From the human T2T-CHM13v2.0 reference genome, Homo sapiens, in assembly GCF_009914755.1 (NCBI RefSeq), contig NC_060937.1: a stretch of 64,000 bases of DNA. One strand, given 5' to 3'. The translations under genes and the position numbers were made by a program. Shown here piece by piece: positions 28,518 through 39,420 of the stretch. A model generated the notes under the pieces. That model was not told the origin of the DNA. It did no database searches and saw only the letters and a list, made by a program, of their open reading frames with translations. The stretch's first letter is position 1. The number at the start of each line of letters is the position of its first letter.

Positions 28518-29114
28518 TGAGAAAAAGAAAAAGCAGCCTCTGACCTCTGGGAACTGGCCTGCCTATATCTAAGCCTCATTCTTTTTGAGAACTGTCCTGG
28601 AGCTCACAGCTAGGCCATGGCGTTCTCTTGTTGGACATAAACAACCTCACAGAGCACCAACTTCATACAGGGTTGTGTGATGATGATGTGAGACAAAAAA
28701 CAACTTTATAATTTTGACTAAGCACAGACAAAAGCAAGATCACTGTGCATACCACAAAAATACCAGACATTCCCCTCTTTTGGCTAATATGAGTGACTGC
28801 TACATCTCTTCAATTAGAGCTTTAGCATACATACATTTAGTCTTCCTTCCCTCTAGATAAGATTGATTGAAATACTTAATCATTGAATTATTTCTGATGC
28901 CTGACAGAGCCCAATCCAGAGCAAAGCCCTGCTTTCCTGAACTCTTCCCAAAATCACTTAAGTAAAATCCAGATCCTACAATGAGTCTTTTAACACCCCT
29001 AAGTCACCCCATGGTACTTATTGTTGTCAGTTTCTCTCACTGCAATGAGTAATAAAACCCACTTGTTCAACTACAGATGTGTTCTTGGTGGTCTTTGGCA
29101 AGAAAGCATTGACA
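28518..29114 (+). mobile_element. ERV1-type solo LTR (MER34/MER39-like family, tentative)
   Basis: Begins TGAGAAAAAGAAAAAGCAGCC, ends ...GCATTGACA (TG...CA); AATAAA near 29051; ~600 bp. Confidence 0.6.
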
Positions 29115-29180
29115 CATCCAATAACTTAAAATTTGTGAATATTGGACTATTAGTTCTGTAAAAATATAAAAGAGTTTTGT

Positions 29181-29487
29181 GGCCGTGCACAGCGGCTCAT
29201 GCCTGTAATCCCAGCATTTTGGGATGCCAAGCCAGGTGGATCAACTGAGGTTAGGAGTTCAAGACTAGTCTGGCCAACATGGTGAATCCCTGTCTCTACT
29301 AAAAATACAAAAATTAGCTGGGCACAGTGGTGCGTGCCTGTACTCCCAGCTACTCAGGAGGCTGAGGCAGGAGAATCGCTTGAGCTCGGGGGGCAGAAGT
29401 TGCAGTGAGCCAGAGATTGAGCCATTGCACTCCAGCCTGGGTGACAGAGCAAGACTCTATCTCAAAAAAAAAAAAAAAAAAAAAAAG
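29181..29487 (+). mobile_element. Alu (AluS-like)
   Basis: Full dimer with long poly-A; near-perfect TSD AAAAGA(G/A)TTTTGT. Confidence 0.94.
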
Positions 29488-31039
29488 AATTTTGTAAAGT
29501 TTTACCAAAATGTCAGCATATTATTAAGATTTCTGTGCTTGAAATTTTTATTTTCATCAAGATAATCTAAACCCACAAGTATTTAACATTCTACTTTTAA
29601 AATATATTTGATAAATTGTTTCTTTTTTAATATAAAATGTGTACTTTCTACTGTAGGTCCATGATGAGGTTTACCATCTCAATTGGTTAAAGATCTTACA
29701 GCTCTAAAGAGAAGTTATTATTTTAAAGATTCATTATGCTTGGGCGGTTTTTGTTCTAGTTCAGATTTTAAATTAGATAAATGGGAAGTAATACCCCTAT
29801 ACTTCTTTCAAAAATAGTAATGGATCAGTATTTTTTAAGCATTATATTGCCAGTTGTAAAAAGTAAATAACATTTATATTTTCCTTTTAATTACCACTTT
29901 AGATGGTGGAATTTTAAATTATTATATGCATCAATGCAATAGGAAGAGGTTTGTCTTATCCATTTGTTTAACATTTAATATCAATATTTCTATGTGTGCC
30001 GAGGACATTATAATTTATTCTTTTATTGCTATAGTAGTGATTGGGATGAATATATTTACAGTCATTCCTCAACTCACTACACCAAGCAAAGTTTAGGAGG
30101 TTAAATGTGTAGTTACTTAAGTTATCTTCTAGAACAGAATCAGCTAGATCACCATCTCACCATCATTCAGAGATGCTATTCTTTGTAAACTATTTTTATT
30201 TGGAAAGGGATCCGAGGTTTTCAAATAACCAAGTACTGTATGGAAGATGTGCTGGCTTGTGATTGTGCCTTATGTAAACATTTTAATATCGGATCCCTAA
30301 AATCCAAAGGCTCCCCCAAAGGGGATTAAAACATAATCCCCTCTCTCTATTCTGTAGTGGATTAACTCTGTATTCTCTCTGCGGCTGGTTTGCTCCCTGA
30401 AGACTACAACAAAAAGATTCAGTGCTCCTTAAACATGCTATGGAATTGGAAGTTGTAATTGGAGATTTCCAAAGGACGAGGGTAAAAATGACACACTATT
30501 AATGCTGAATATTTCATGATGGTCTTTCTTAAAGAAAGACCAGTTCGAAGCCCTTTTATAAATGCCCAGAAAATCTCCTCAACAGAAGGATATTGGAGTA
30601 AAATCCAAAGGAAGCCGTCCCCTTTCAGAAACACAGAGAAGTAGAGAAGATATGCTCCCCACGGAAAGTTCACGGATGTGTACTTAAAATTTGTAATGTA
30701 TTTCAATAAATCAATGGGTATGGTTTTGATGTTTCACGATCTTTTTTTTTTCATGTTCTCAATTTGGATACGTTAAATTACTTTTTAAGAGAAAGAAGTA
30801 ATTCACCATTTTTAGTGTTTTTGACCATTATTTGTCTCCAAATGCCAGAAACCTCTGTTAAACTATAAATCTTGATAGTCCTCTGTCTTTAGAATGGAGA
30901 CTTTTTTGAGGTTTTTAGCAATGCCCAACAATGTACAACTTTGTTTCCAGTGTGAACCAAATCACCTTTCTCACCTTGCCCCAAACAAGAGTAAACCGCA
31001 TAGATTTCTTCAGAGAGAAGATAGGAAAAGTGGCATCCA

Positions 31040-31720
31040 AGGGAGCGTCCTGGTTGCTTAAGGGTTAAGGGAGCGGTTCGAACCGGCCCGAGCGTTGGGG
31101 GATTCGGAGGAGGGCGCGGGAGGCAGGAGGCGCCGCCAAGCGCGCGCACAGACCCTCCAATAAACACAAAGGAGGGCCTGGGGAATAGAAACCCAAATCC
31201 ACTTGTAATCGTACAAGAGATTCGGGCGTAATTACTTGAGCAATCTAGATTAAGATTGATGATCCTTTAAAGTGGTGCTTCAGATCGACTGCCTCTCCCT
31301 TTCCAAAGAAAAACCTTGTGCAACCGAGGTGGACCCCGACTCGGCTGGGCAGAGGCCGAGGCCCAGAGTCCGCGCGCCCCGGGGGCTCATCGGGGGATCG
31401 AGAGCAGTGAAATGAAAGACAGGGCTGTGCGTGGGTCTGGCCCGGGCAGTCCCGACAGGGCTGAAAGCTGACACTGTCACAGTTTGCTCCTTAGCCACCC
31501 CCTTGTAATCGCGACAGAAGCCAGCCCAGCCCTCTGTGTTCCCGCAGCCTCGGGAACGGCCCGGCATTGTGCAGGACGGTCGCAGATTGGGTGTGTGCTG
31601 CGCCAGGGAAAGCCAACTTGGCCGCCTCTCCCGAGCCCGGCCCGGCGGGGGCCGAGGGCGGTGTCGGCGCGAGGGCTCTCCGCCCGGAGGGCCGAGGCCT
31701 AGCGGCCGCGGGGAACCTAA
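31040..31720. promoter_or_regulatory. Intragenic CpG island
   Basis: GC-rich, CpG-dense non-repeat sequence (e.g. GCGCGCGC, GCGGCCGC) in an AT-rich intron. Confidence 0.8.
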
Positions 31721-32765
31721 CTTTTTATTGCCTTTCTCCGACTGTTATTGTGACGCATCTGACTGTATGCATTTGAGAGAAGTGGAAGGGATTATGATGC
31801 GCCCTTGCTACCTACAAATGAATAGTTACATCCGATCCCCACGTTATGTATAACGTTATATCGTGTTTCGAATCCAGGATTGCGAAGAATGGCTCCCTTT
31901 GGGGAAACTTTACAGAAAACATTTAGGTAATATCCCATTTGAATTCATATTCCATACGCGTAATTCGTGATTTTCAACCTTAACAGATTGAGGGAATTCG
32001 AAGCAAGCACCCTGGCAGGCACTTCTAGTGAAGCTGTTTCTGTAGTTTCAAAAGTTGAGAAGTAGCACTTTCGCACGGTTTTTTGAGAACCGTTTTGTTC
32101 AAGCGTCTTACATTTTCATCACTTTTGATATATTCTCTGTAAGAAAATGACTAAGATTTTCGTTCTTTTCTACGTAAGAACTTTATGTAATGTCCGTATG
32201 CACGCGTATGTATGTGTGTGTAGCGCGCCTTAGGAGACCGATATTAGATTAATCTTCCTGCAAGAGGCAAACCGCTCTGAACAGCGGAATTTATCATTTA
32301 GATCCTTGCCCCCTTCTCGTCCTCTCGCCTCTCCTTGGGGAGCGCCGCTGCTGAGTGGAACGGCTTCGCGCGATGGCTGGTCTTGGGGGCAGTGCTGACT
32401 GCCTAGGGTCTCTGGAAAAGCCAGTGATACTCAATGGAGAATTGGGGCATTTGTCCGTTCTGCACTTTTAAGTAAGTTAATGGCAGCCCCTTACCAACCA
32501 TGTAGGATTTCTAGGTGGAAATTGAGCGTTATTCGGTATCCTGACCTCCTGGGTTTTCATACCATTTTTTCTCTCTAGTCTCGTTATAAGGTAATGTATA
32601 AAAGCTAAGTAGTCCTTATCTTACGTGAAAAAAGAGTTTGCCGCATAATACAGGCACCATTTTTTCTAGTGCATCCTTACCAATAAAAACCTCTGGTACC
32701 TTTCTGGGAGGGAGCAGGAAGGGCCACAGGGGCTCAGCCTGACTCCCCTTGTCCTTGCCTTGCAG

Positions 32766-32902
32766 GCCCAGTGGTTCTCAGCACCCCTGCCCAGCTCATC
32801 GCTCCCGTGGTGGTGGCCAAGGGGACTCTCTCCATCACCACGACAGAAATCTACTTCGAGGTAGATGAGGATGATTCTGCCTTCAAGAAGATCGACACGA
32901 AA
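32766..32902 (+). CDS. NBEA: Neurobeachin coding exon (137 nt, phase 1-0), start of BEACH-associated PH domain
   Basis: ccttgccttgcag|GC CCA GTG...ACG AAA|gtgagt; (G)[45 protein letters not shown]. Confidence 0.95.
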
Positions 32903-34174
32903 GTGAGTTAAAGCGATTCCATGTACAGTATTGGTGGCTTTGTGGCAGGAAGTGGTTTTCAATTTTGTTTGGTTTTACCTGACAGTGGAGGAGGGGAGCA
33001 CATTCTCCTCTTTCTCATAGAAAATAAAATGAATGAAATAGCATGTTCTCTTTATGGAATTGAAGAATATATTAATGAATTTAAATCCTGTATTACCAGA
33101 GCATGCACATTTTAACAGTCTTTCTATGAGTGCCTTTGTTTGCATTTGGGCAGATTTGGTAGTTAAGCCAATTGCTTCCAAGTCCCTGGGGCCCAGAATC
33201 TCAGGCTCTGAGGCTGACTTTGAAAGGTCTTGAGAAATTTCTTATTAAGATCACTTTTAATTTTCAAAACTTTATATTGTAATGTGATTATTGAAAAGTT
33301 ATAAGGAAACTGGGGGGAGAGCATTTAGATATAAATTAATCTCCATTAGTACACCCATTTTGTCCATCTCCTGAAATAAGAATGGGTTTTATATGTGGAT
33401 TTAAGAGAAAAGCAACTGATTCTCTGAGCTTTGATTTTAAATATATATGCTAGCACTCAGATGTTTAAATATTGTATTCTTTGGATATAATGCCAGAAAA
33501 TACAAATTTGGACCATTTAAATGCATATTTATTAAATGTTATTGTGTAGATTTTAAACACCAGAGTATTAGAGTAGCTCTTTCTCAGCATTTTCTGAGAT
33601 CTGTTCTAATGTTTTAACTTTCATGTTACTGTGCAATTTGCAAACTTCTATTCTGGGGTTAAGAATTCAACAGCATGAAGTGTCATGCTAGAAATTCTAG
33701 CATCATTTTGCAAAGATCTTCCTTTATTTTCAGAGGCAGTTATTCTAAAATAGTCAAAGACAAATGCTCCCACAGATCCAGAACTTTATTGTTTTTAATT
33801 TAGATATTGAAATAAAATGTTATAAAATAGTATTTGTAGACTAGAGCTGAAATCCAAAAATTTACCATCACCTGAATTAACTAACTTAAGGCCCATAGGT
33901 GATCAGCCTTTTCAGCACTTGTTGACTACTAAACTCTTCCAAAGGAGAGCCATGGGACTTCTTTTACTTCTAGCTGCAAATGTAGTTTTTAAAATGAGCT
34001 TGAATGCACTGTATTTTATTTTAAAATAACTTAAATTTTGTGTTCATCCTTTTATTAGCTTGCCCTATGAAGTCAAAAAGAAATGTTGAATTTCTAATGA
34101 ATTTATTCTGCTAATGGAACCCTTATTACATAAAATAAGGTTTGACATAAAATATATTGGTCAGAAAGGATCGT

Positions 34175-34589
34175 TTTATTAGTTTTCATACATAATTTTC
34201 GAAGTTTCATTATGACTTTGTTAAGTTCATTTCCTCTGAATTAGTCAGATTTTTAACTCAGTCATCTCTACTGTCATGATAGACTTTTTTTCTTATATTA
34301 TCAAAAATGCTACAAGAAGAGCAAGCTTTCAAAGGTAGATTTAAATTGTTTCTGTTGTAGAAAGGAATTGTCTTACAAGTAAGTTAGAGACTGAGAGTAG
34401 ATTGTTATCTTATGGACCTATACAGAAAGAGCTTTTCTCCAATGTTTTATTTTTAAGGATTTCATTAGCATATTTCTCAAAATATTTAAGATATTCAAGT
34501 GGGTTTGATTTTCAAAATGCATCATTACATCTTGTGATAGGAAACAATTTAAAGTGAGACACAACAACTTTTATTTTACTTCATTTATT
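34175..34589 (-). terminator. MAB21L1: Candidate MAB21L1 polyadenylation signals
   Basis: AATAAA on the minus strand at 34584-34589, 34570-34575, 34446-34451 and 34175-34180 in the AU-rich 3'UTR; usage not determinable from sequence. Confidence 0.5.
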
Positions 34590-35424
34590 ACCATCTAATT
34601 AAATAAAAACCAGCAACAAATTAAAATCTAAATCACAAAAGTAATTATCCAGTGTATTTCAAGTGCATTTTTCAAATATATAATTCAGATATTCAAGCGT
34701 TATTATATAAGCTGAATTCAAATTTCTTTGAATATATTTAAATAACATTTCAAGTATATTTATGGAATGTTAGAAATAGAACAAGCAATATTTGAAACAA
34801 AATGTAAACTTTTTAAAGTTCAGACACTTTCAAAGACAGATAAAAGTACCAGGAAGAAATCTACCTTTAAATGATATCTTTGTTAGTGGAAAATGTCTGG
34901 AAGTATCCAGAATGGCAATTTAAGTTCTGTTCACCAAATCACAAAACACCAACATCCACACTTTCAAAGACAATGTGAGATCACAATATTTGTTACAAAT
35001 CAAAATATACATTACAGTTTCTTTCAGATGGCATATCCAAATCGTGTTTACTCACAGACAGATGCACCTAAATCACCAGGATTGCTATAATCCTTTGATA
35101 GTTAGGCAGAGTGTTCGTCTCGGTCTGGCGTTACAGCTGGGCTGTTTACGGAGTGTTACGGTGTACTTTTCAAGGGAGATAGGAAATCGTGTGGAAAGAA
35201 GTCTTCTAATACTAGTGGCTTTGGGTTTTTCTCCATCCGCTTCCCCTACTTTTTCTCCCCTTGTGGGGGTGGGTGAGATGATGTTTAAATATTGTATTAT
35301 TATTCCTTTTTAAAGGAAGAGATTGTTTGCACTGCGGAGTGGAATATTAGGAATTGAACAGAAGTTTACACTTAATAAGGACTTTGAGAAGGGTAATAAT
35401 TTCGGCTCTTGATTAAATCATCCT

Positions 35425-36504
35425 CTAAAGTTTTTCCAAACTTTTCGGGTTGGTCAGGATCTCTCTTGCCAGTCGCCACGTTTGTTTGGCAGCGTTTTCC
35501 AGAGCTGAGTGAGGTTTGCCTTGAAACAGATCTAAGTTCGGTAGAAAGTAGTGGGGACACCGCCGGCACTGCAGGCAGGAGATAAGTTGCAGCAAAATCC
35601 CGTTCAGCCGATCACCCAGGCAAGACTCGTCCCAGTCCGACTCTCGGGGATGCTTTTCACACTCGTAGGAAACCAGAGTCTTCATATGGTAATTGTTCAA
35701 GGGCTGGCCCGGCAGTTCAAGGTGACGATCCCTTAAGGTTTTGAGGATGGAGAGGCACTTCTTTCTGCAGCCCCCCATCTGCAGTCTGTTCTCTGCCTCC
35801 GCGAACTGCAGCACCCAGGCGTCGCTCTCCGCCGAGCTCTGCTTGCCGGCCAAGGAGTGGCACTCCTTGGACAAGAGATTGAAACCTTCCGCCTTGACCT
35901 CCGCCACCCGGTTGGGTCCCGGCCAGGGGATGTGGGGAAGTGGCCAGTGGGCAGCACTCCTCGGCCAGATCCCGGTGCATTTAAAGGCCGGCGTGATCTG
36001 CACCACGTACCTATCTCGGATTCTCAGTTTCACTTCGCTGGTGTCTGCCACCATCTTTACCACATCCCGGTAGCTACATTTGTCTACCGCTTGAGCCACC
36101 AGCGTCTGAAACCTGGACCGGATTTTGCGCGCCGAGAGGTAGCCGGAGGCGGTAATGAATTCCACCCAGAGGGACATGCTCCTCTTGCGCCCGTCGCTCA
36201 ACTTCAGCACCGCGCAGCCGGGCAGTGAGCCATCGTCCACGAAGTTGAACACCCCCATTTGGTTGAGATAAAGCACCACTTCAAATTCGGTGGGGGAGAT
36301 GACCTCGAGGCCCTCGTAGCGATTGTCCATCTCGTTGAGAGAGCTGATGAACCGCGGCTCCTGCACTTCCACTTCCTTCAGTACGTCGGAAACTACTTTG
36401 CAGACTTCCCGGATAGTTTTGGCAATGGCAGCTTTCCTGGCTTGGCATTTTTCGTTGTAGTATTTATTCAGATGGTAGACCAGCTTGGCCTGGGCCGCAA
36501 TCAT
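35425..36504 (-). CDS. MAB21L1: Mab-21-like protein 1 (359 aa, intronless; cGAS/DncV-like nucleotidyltransferase fold)
   Basis: ATG at 36504 to TAG at 35425 = 1080 nt; MIAAQAKLVYHLNKYYNEKCQARK...SPTEFEVVLYLNQMG...REILTNPKSLEKL; nested in NBEA, as established for this gene. Confidence 0.98.
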   Translation of the reverse strand: MIAAQAKLVYHLNKYYNEKCQARKAAIAKTIREVCKVVSDVLKEVEVQEPRFISSLNEMDNRYEGLEVISPTEFEVVLYLNQMGVFNFVDDGSLPGCAVLKLSDGRKRSMSLWVEFITASGYLSARKIRSRFQTLVAQAVDKCSYRDVVKMVADTSEVKLRIRDRYVVQITPAFKCTGIWPRSAAHWPLPHIPWPGPNRVAEVKAEGFNLLSKECHSLAGKQSSAESDAWVLQFAEAENRLQMGGCRKKCLSILKTLRDRHLELPGQPLNNYHMKTLVSYECEKHPRESDWDESCLGDRLNGILLQLISCLQCRRCPHYFLPNLDLFQGKPHSALENAAKQTWRLAREILTNPKSLEKL

Positions 36505-36620
36505 GTTGGGGCAGAGATCCGGATTGTACACCGGAGTCTCGCAGTAAGCTGTGGGATCCAATGCGGCTGCTAGAGCTGGAGCCAACTTCGGTGGAGAAAC
36601 GGGCCGCAACACTCAGAAAT
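35540..36620. promoter_or_regulatory. CpG island over MAB21L1 coding sequence
   Basis: High GC and CpG density across the CDS. Confidence 0.75.
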
Positions 36621-36661
36621 GGATCAAAAATGCCTTTCGGAAGTGCTGCAGCGTTGGTTTC

Positions 36662-36662
<1 letters not shown>

Positions 36663-36701
<39 letters not shown>
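36663..36701 (-). repeat. MAB21L1: (CAG)13 trinucleotide repeat in MAB21L1 5'UTR (CAGR1 repeat)
   Basis: 13 uninterrupted CTG units on the + strand; MAB21L1 is known as CAGR1 for its polymorphic 5'UTR CAG repeat. Confidence 0.95.
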
Positions 36702-36705
<4 letters not shown>

Positions 36706-37039
36706 TCCCTTCCTTTTATCTTTGAGCCCAGCCGTTCTTAAAGTGAAAGACTGTCCTCCCCCCTCTGCTTGTCTCTCTTCCTCTTTTAAAGAATCCTTGT
36801 GTGAGAGAACCGCATGGAGAGATCACCTTCTCAGGAATAAAAAACAAAAGTTGCGCTGAGACCCAGCAAAGCTCTTCCAGTAGTCAAAATAAGCACCCCT
36901 TTCCGTATTTATTTGCGCTTTCCCGTAATCATTGTGTGTGCAGCACTGTTAATCAAATGGAGGAAAAGTGTGCTGAGTGTGTGTCCGGGGTGAGTGTGCG
37001 TGTGTATATGTCAGAAGAAGCTGCTGTTGGTTTGTCTAA

Positions 37040-37160
37040 GAGCCCAGATGCACTCGTGTGGAAATTATAAAGGCAGGGCCAGGCAGGCGGGCGGCCAATC
37101 GCCACTGGGCTCGTCACGACAGCCTCCTTCAGCTCCAACCCGGCTAATTAATCCCCACTC
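37040..37160. promoter_or_regulatory. MAB21L1: MAB21L1 core promoter, probably bidirectional
   Basis: ATTATAAAG at 37064-37072 (TATAAAG on +, TATAAT on -), GGCGGGCGG GC-box ~37086-37094, CCAAT 37095-37099, TAATTAATCC homeobox site ~37145-37154. Confidence 0.65.
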
Positions 37161-38699
37161 ATGGATATAGGCACACAAACTAAAGGTAGGAGGCTGCTGC
37201 CGGCGGAAAACCACTCAGGCCACCTAGACAGTTTGGAAATCAAGAGGAATCTCTCAGCTTTGGTATTACTTGAAGCATATTGACGTTTTGAAAAGACTTG
37301 GCAAAGCGGCTCTCTTCTGTGCCGAAAACCTGCTTGTCTTTTACCGCTGAAATGCAAATACAGGTGTATTAATGGGCATCCATCAATTAGTGATCTTGAC
37401 GGGGTTTTCTAAAACAAAATCACTAACTTGCATTTAGAGTAAGATAATTAACGTCTGTTAATCCTTGGGGTCTTCTTAAATGCAGGTTGAAAGTTTGTTC
37501 TTTCATGCAGACTACTGGCATATGGAAGTTGGCTTTAGATGGAGGAGTACCTGTGTAATTTTCTCATTCTGGATGTTCCTATATGTTAAAATGATTTTTT
37601 GAAACGTTATGGAGGTAGTATGCTCTTTTTTTACTTATGTTTTTTTCTTTTCTCCATTTGTTGAATCTGAAAATTATTGCTGAGTGTGTGAGATGTTCTA
37701 CCCCTGTTTAAGTTAGGATATTTAAAAAAAATTTCGTACATCCCTCTGCCCCAGCAGATGCAGTCTTTGCACTTTGGTGGACTTGCCCAGCATTACAAGC
37801 AGGACACAACGCTATATATGCACTTATAGAAACATTTGAAAAATAAATTGTCTGTGGGATGGACAGAGTACTTTAGCGTTATTTCATAGTGACCTGTATT
37901 TTAGTACATAAAATTCAGGTGAGATCATAGAGATCAAGCTTCCTCACAGATAACTATCCCGAAAAATTGAAGGTTTGGGGTATCTGGCTTGTTTACAGAT
38001 GTATAATTAAGGATATATCTCCTGTCTTAAGTGTCCTTAAGTGGTGACCTGGCAGTAGACTTCTAATTTTATACTATTTCGTGTGATTTAATTAAGGGAA
38101 AATGGTTAACATTTGCAAAGAAAATTAACTTGCAGTTATCTGGGGGGTTTTTTGGATTTAAACATCATTTTGAAAACAAAAATGAAATAAATCATTTCAT
38201 TTCTGAATTTTGGAACCTGGAAACAGGAGGAGGAATTTTTTTTTCTAGTTGGTGGTCCAGTTGTGTCCTCAAAGTACAGGAAACTAAAGAAATACTACTT
38301 AGTGGTTACGTTGTGGTTTTTAAAACTAGGTGGATTTTTTTAATTGTCTACCTTTAATTTAGATGCCACGTCTTTCCAATTAAGAATATTTCCCGTCAAA
38401 TCCTATAACTCCCGGTAACATGTTTGTAGACACTTTCAGAGTCACTTTTAACAAGATATTCTTCAGGGCTCCCACTTGCTACTTAAGCTTTTGATTTTTG
38501 TTTGTGTGTTTTGTTTTGCACAGGTACAGCATCACAAAACCACCTATTATTTAATTTCTCCTTATCCAACAGTGATAGATTCCAATTTAGCTGAAAATAG
38601 TATACATTGGGGTGCGTTGCACCCAGCTACTCTATTTCCCAAGAACCTTCCATCCCCTTAAGAGCAGGGTCTGGGAACACCCAAAAAACCCCTCCCCAC

Positions 38700-39420
38700 T
38701 TTGCCGTCATCGCGGGTGAATGCACCACTACCTTTTGGCAGTTGGAGGGGAGACCCATCAGAGCCGGAGAACCTGCAGCCACGACGGCGAGGATGTGCAG
38801 TGGTCTCTGGGGAAACGCCGCCTTCTGCCCTCACCCGGCGCGTGTGGCCCTGTGCCGTCCGCTCGCCGCCTCTCTCTCGCTGCTCCGCATTCCCGTGCCC
38901 TCTTACTTTCCTCTCTGGGCTCAAGATCGCTACGCTTTATTTCTGCGTGAGCTTATTTGAAAACCTTACTTGGTGTCCCGGCTTACTCTCCACGTCTGCT
39001 CCAGACCACGGTCTGCCCACGCACCCCTCAGCCTGCACCGCCCACGTCCGGCCCAGGTGTGGTCGCAGCCAAGCCCCAGCCGCGGGCCCCTGCGCCCTGC
39101 GCTCTCTCCCTTGGGTTCAGGCCAGAGATGCTTGACCCAAGACCTCGCCCCTTGCCTTCTTGGGCCACCTGCAGAACACCCTTGGTTGTCAAGGACGTGA
39201 GACAGCCGAGGACGGGGAGGCCCCAGGGCTGTTCGGGGGACCTTAAGTGGGTCCAACGGGAAGGACGCGGGCCTGCGAGGGATGCCGGTCGGGCCTGGCT
39301 GGAGCCAGGCGCGCAGGTGGCGCATCTTCGGGGCTCACTGTGCAGCTTAATTGGGTTAAAGCGAAGCTAAACACCGAAGCACTTTGTGCAAACTAATTGG
39401 TGCAACCAGCGCCTTTTCAC
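38700..39420. promoter_or_regulatory. CpG island upstream of MAB21L1
   Basis: GC/CpG-rich unique sequence; overlapping spurious ORFs in many frames. Confidence 0.8.

Noticed and set aside
35372-36859. ORFs overlapping MAB21L1 in other frames, including a + strand poly-Ala ORF through the CTG repeat
   Set aside because: Shadow ORFs of GC-rich coding DNA; mostly non-ATG starts and no recognisable homology.
38607-39370. Several 76-144 aa ORFs on both strands (similarly at 30889-31853)
   Set aside because: Expected stop-codon scarcity in CpG islands; Pro/Arg/Ala/Gly-rich with no domain signal.
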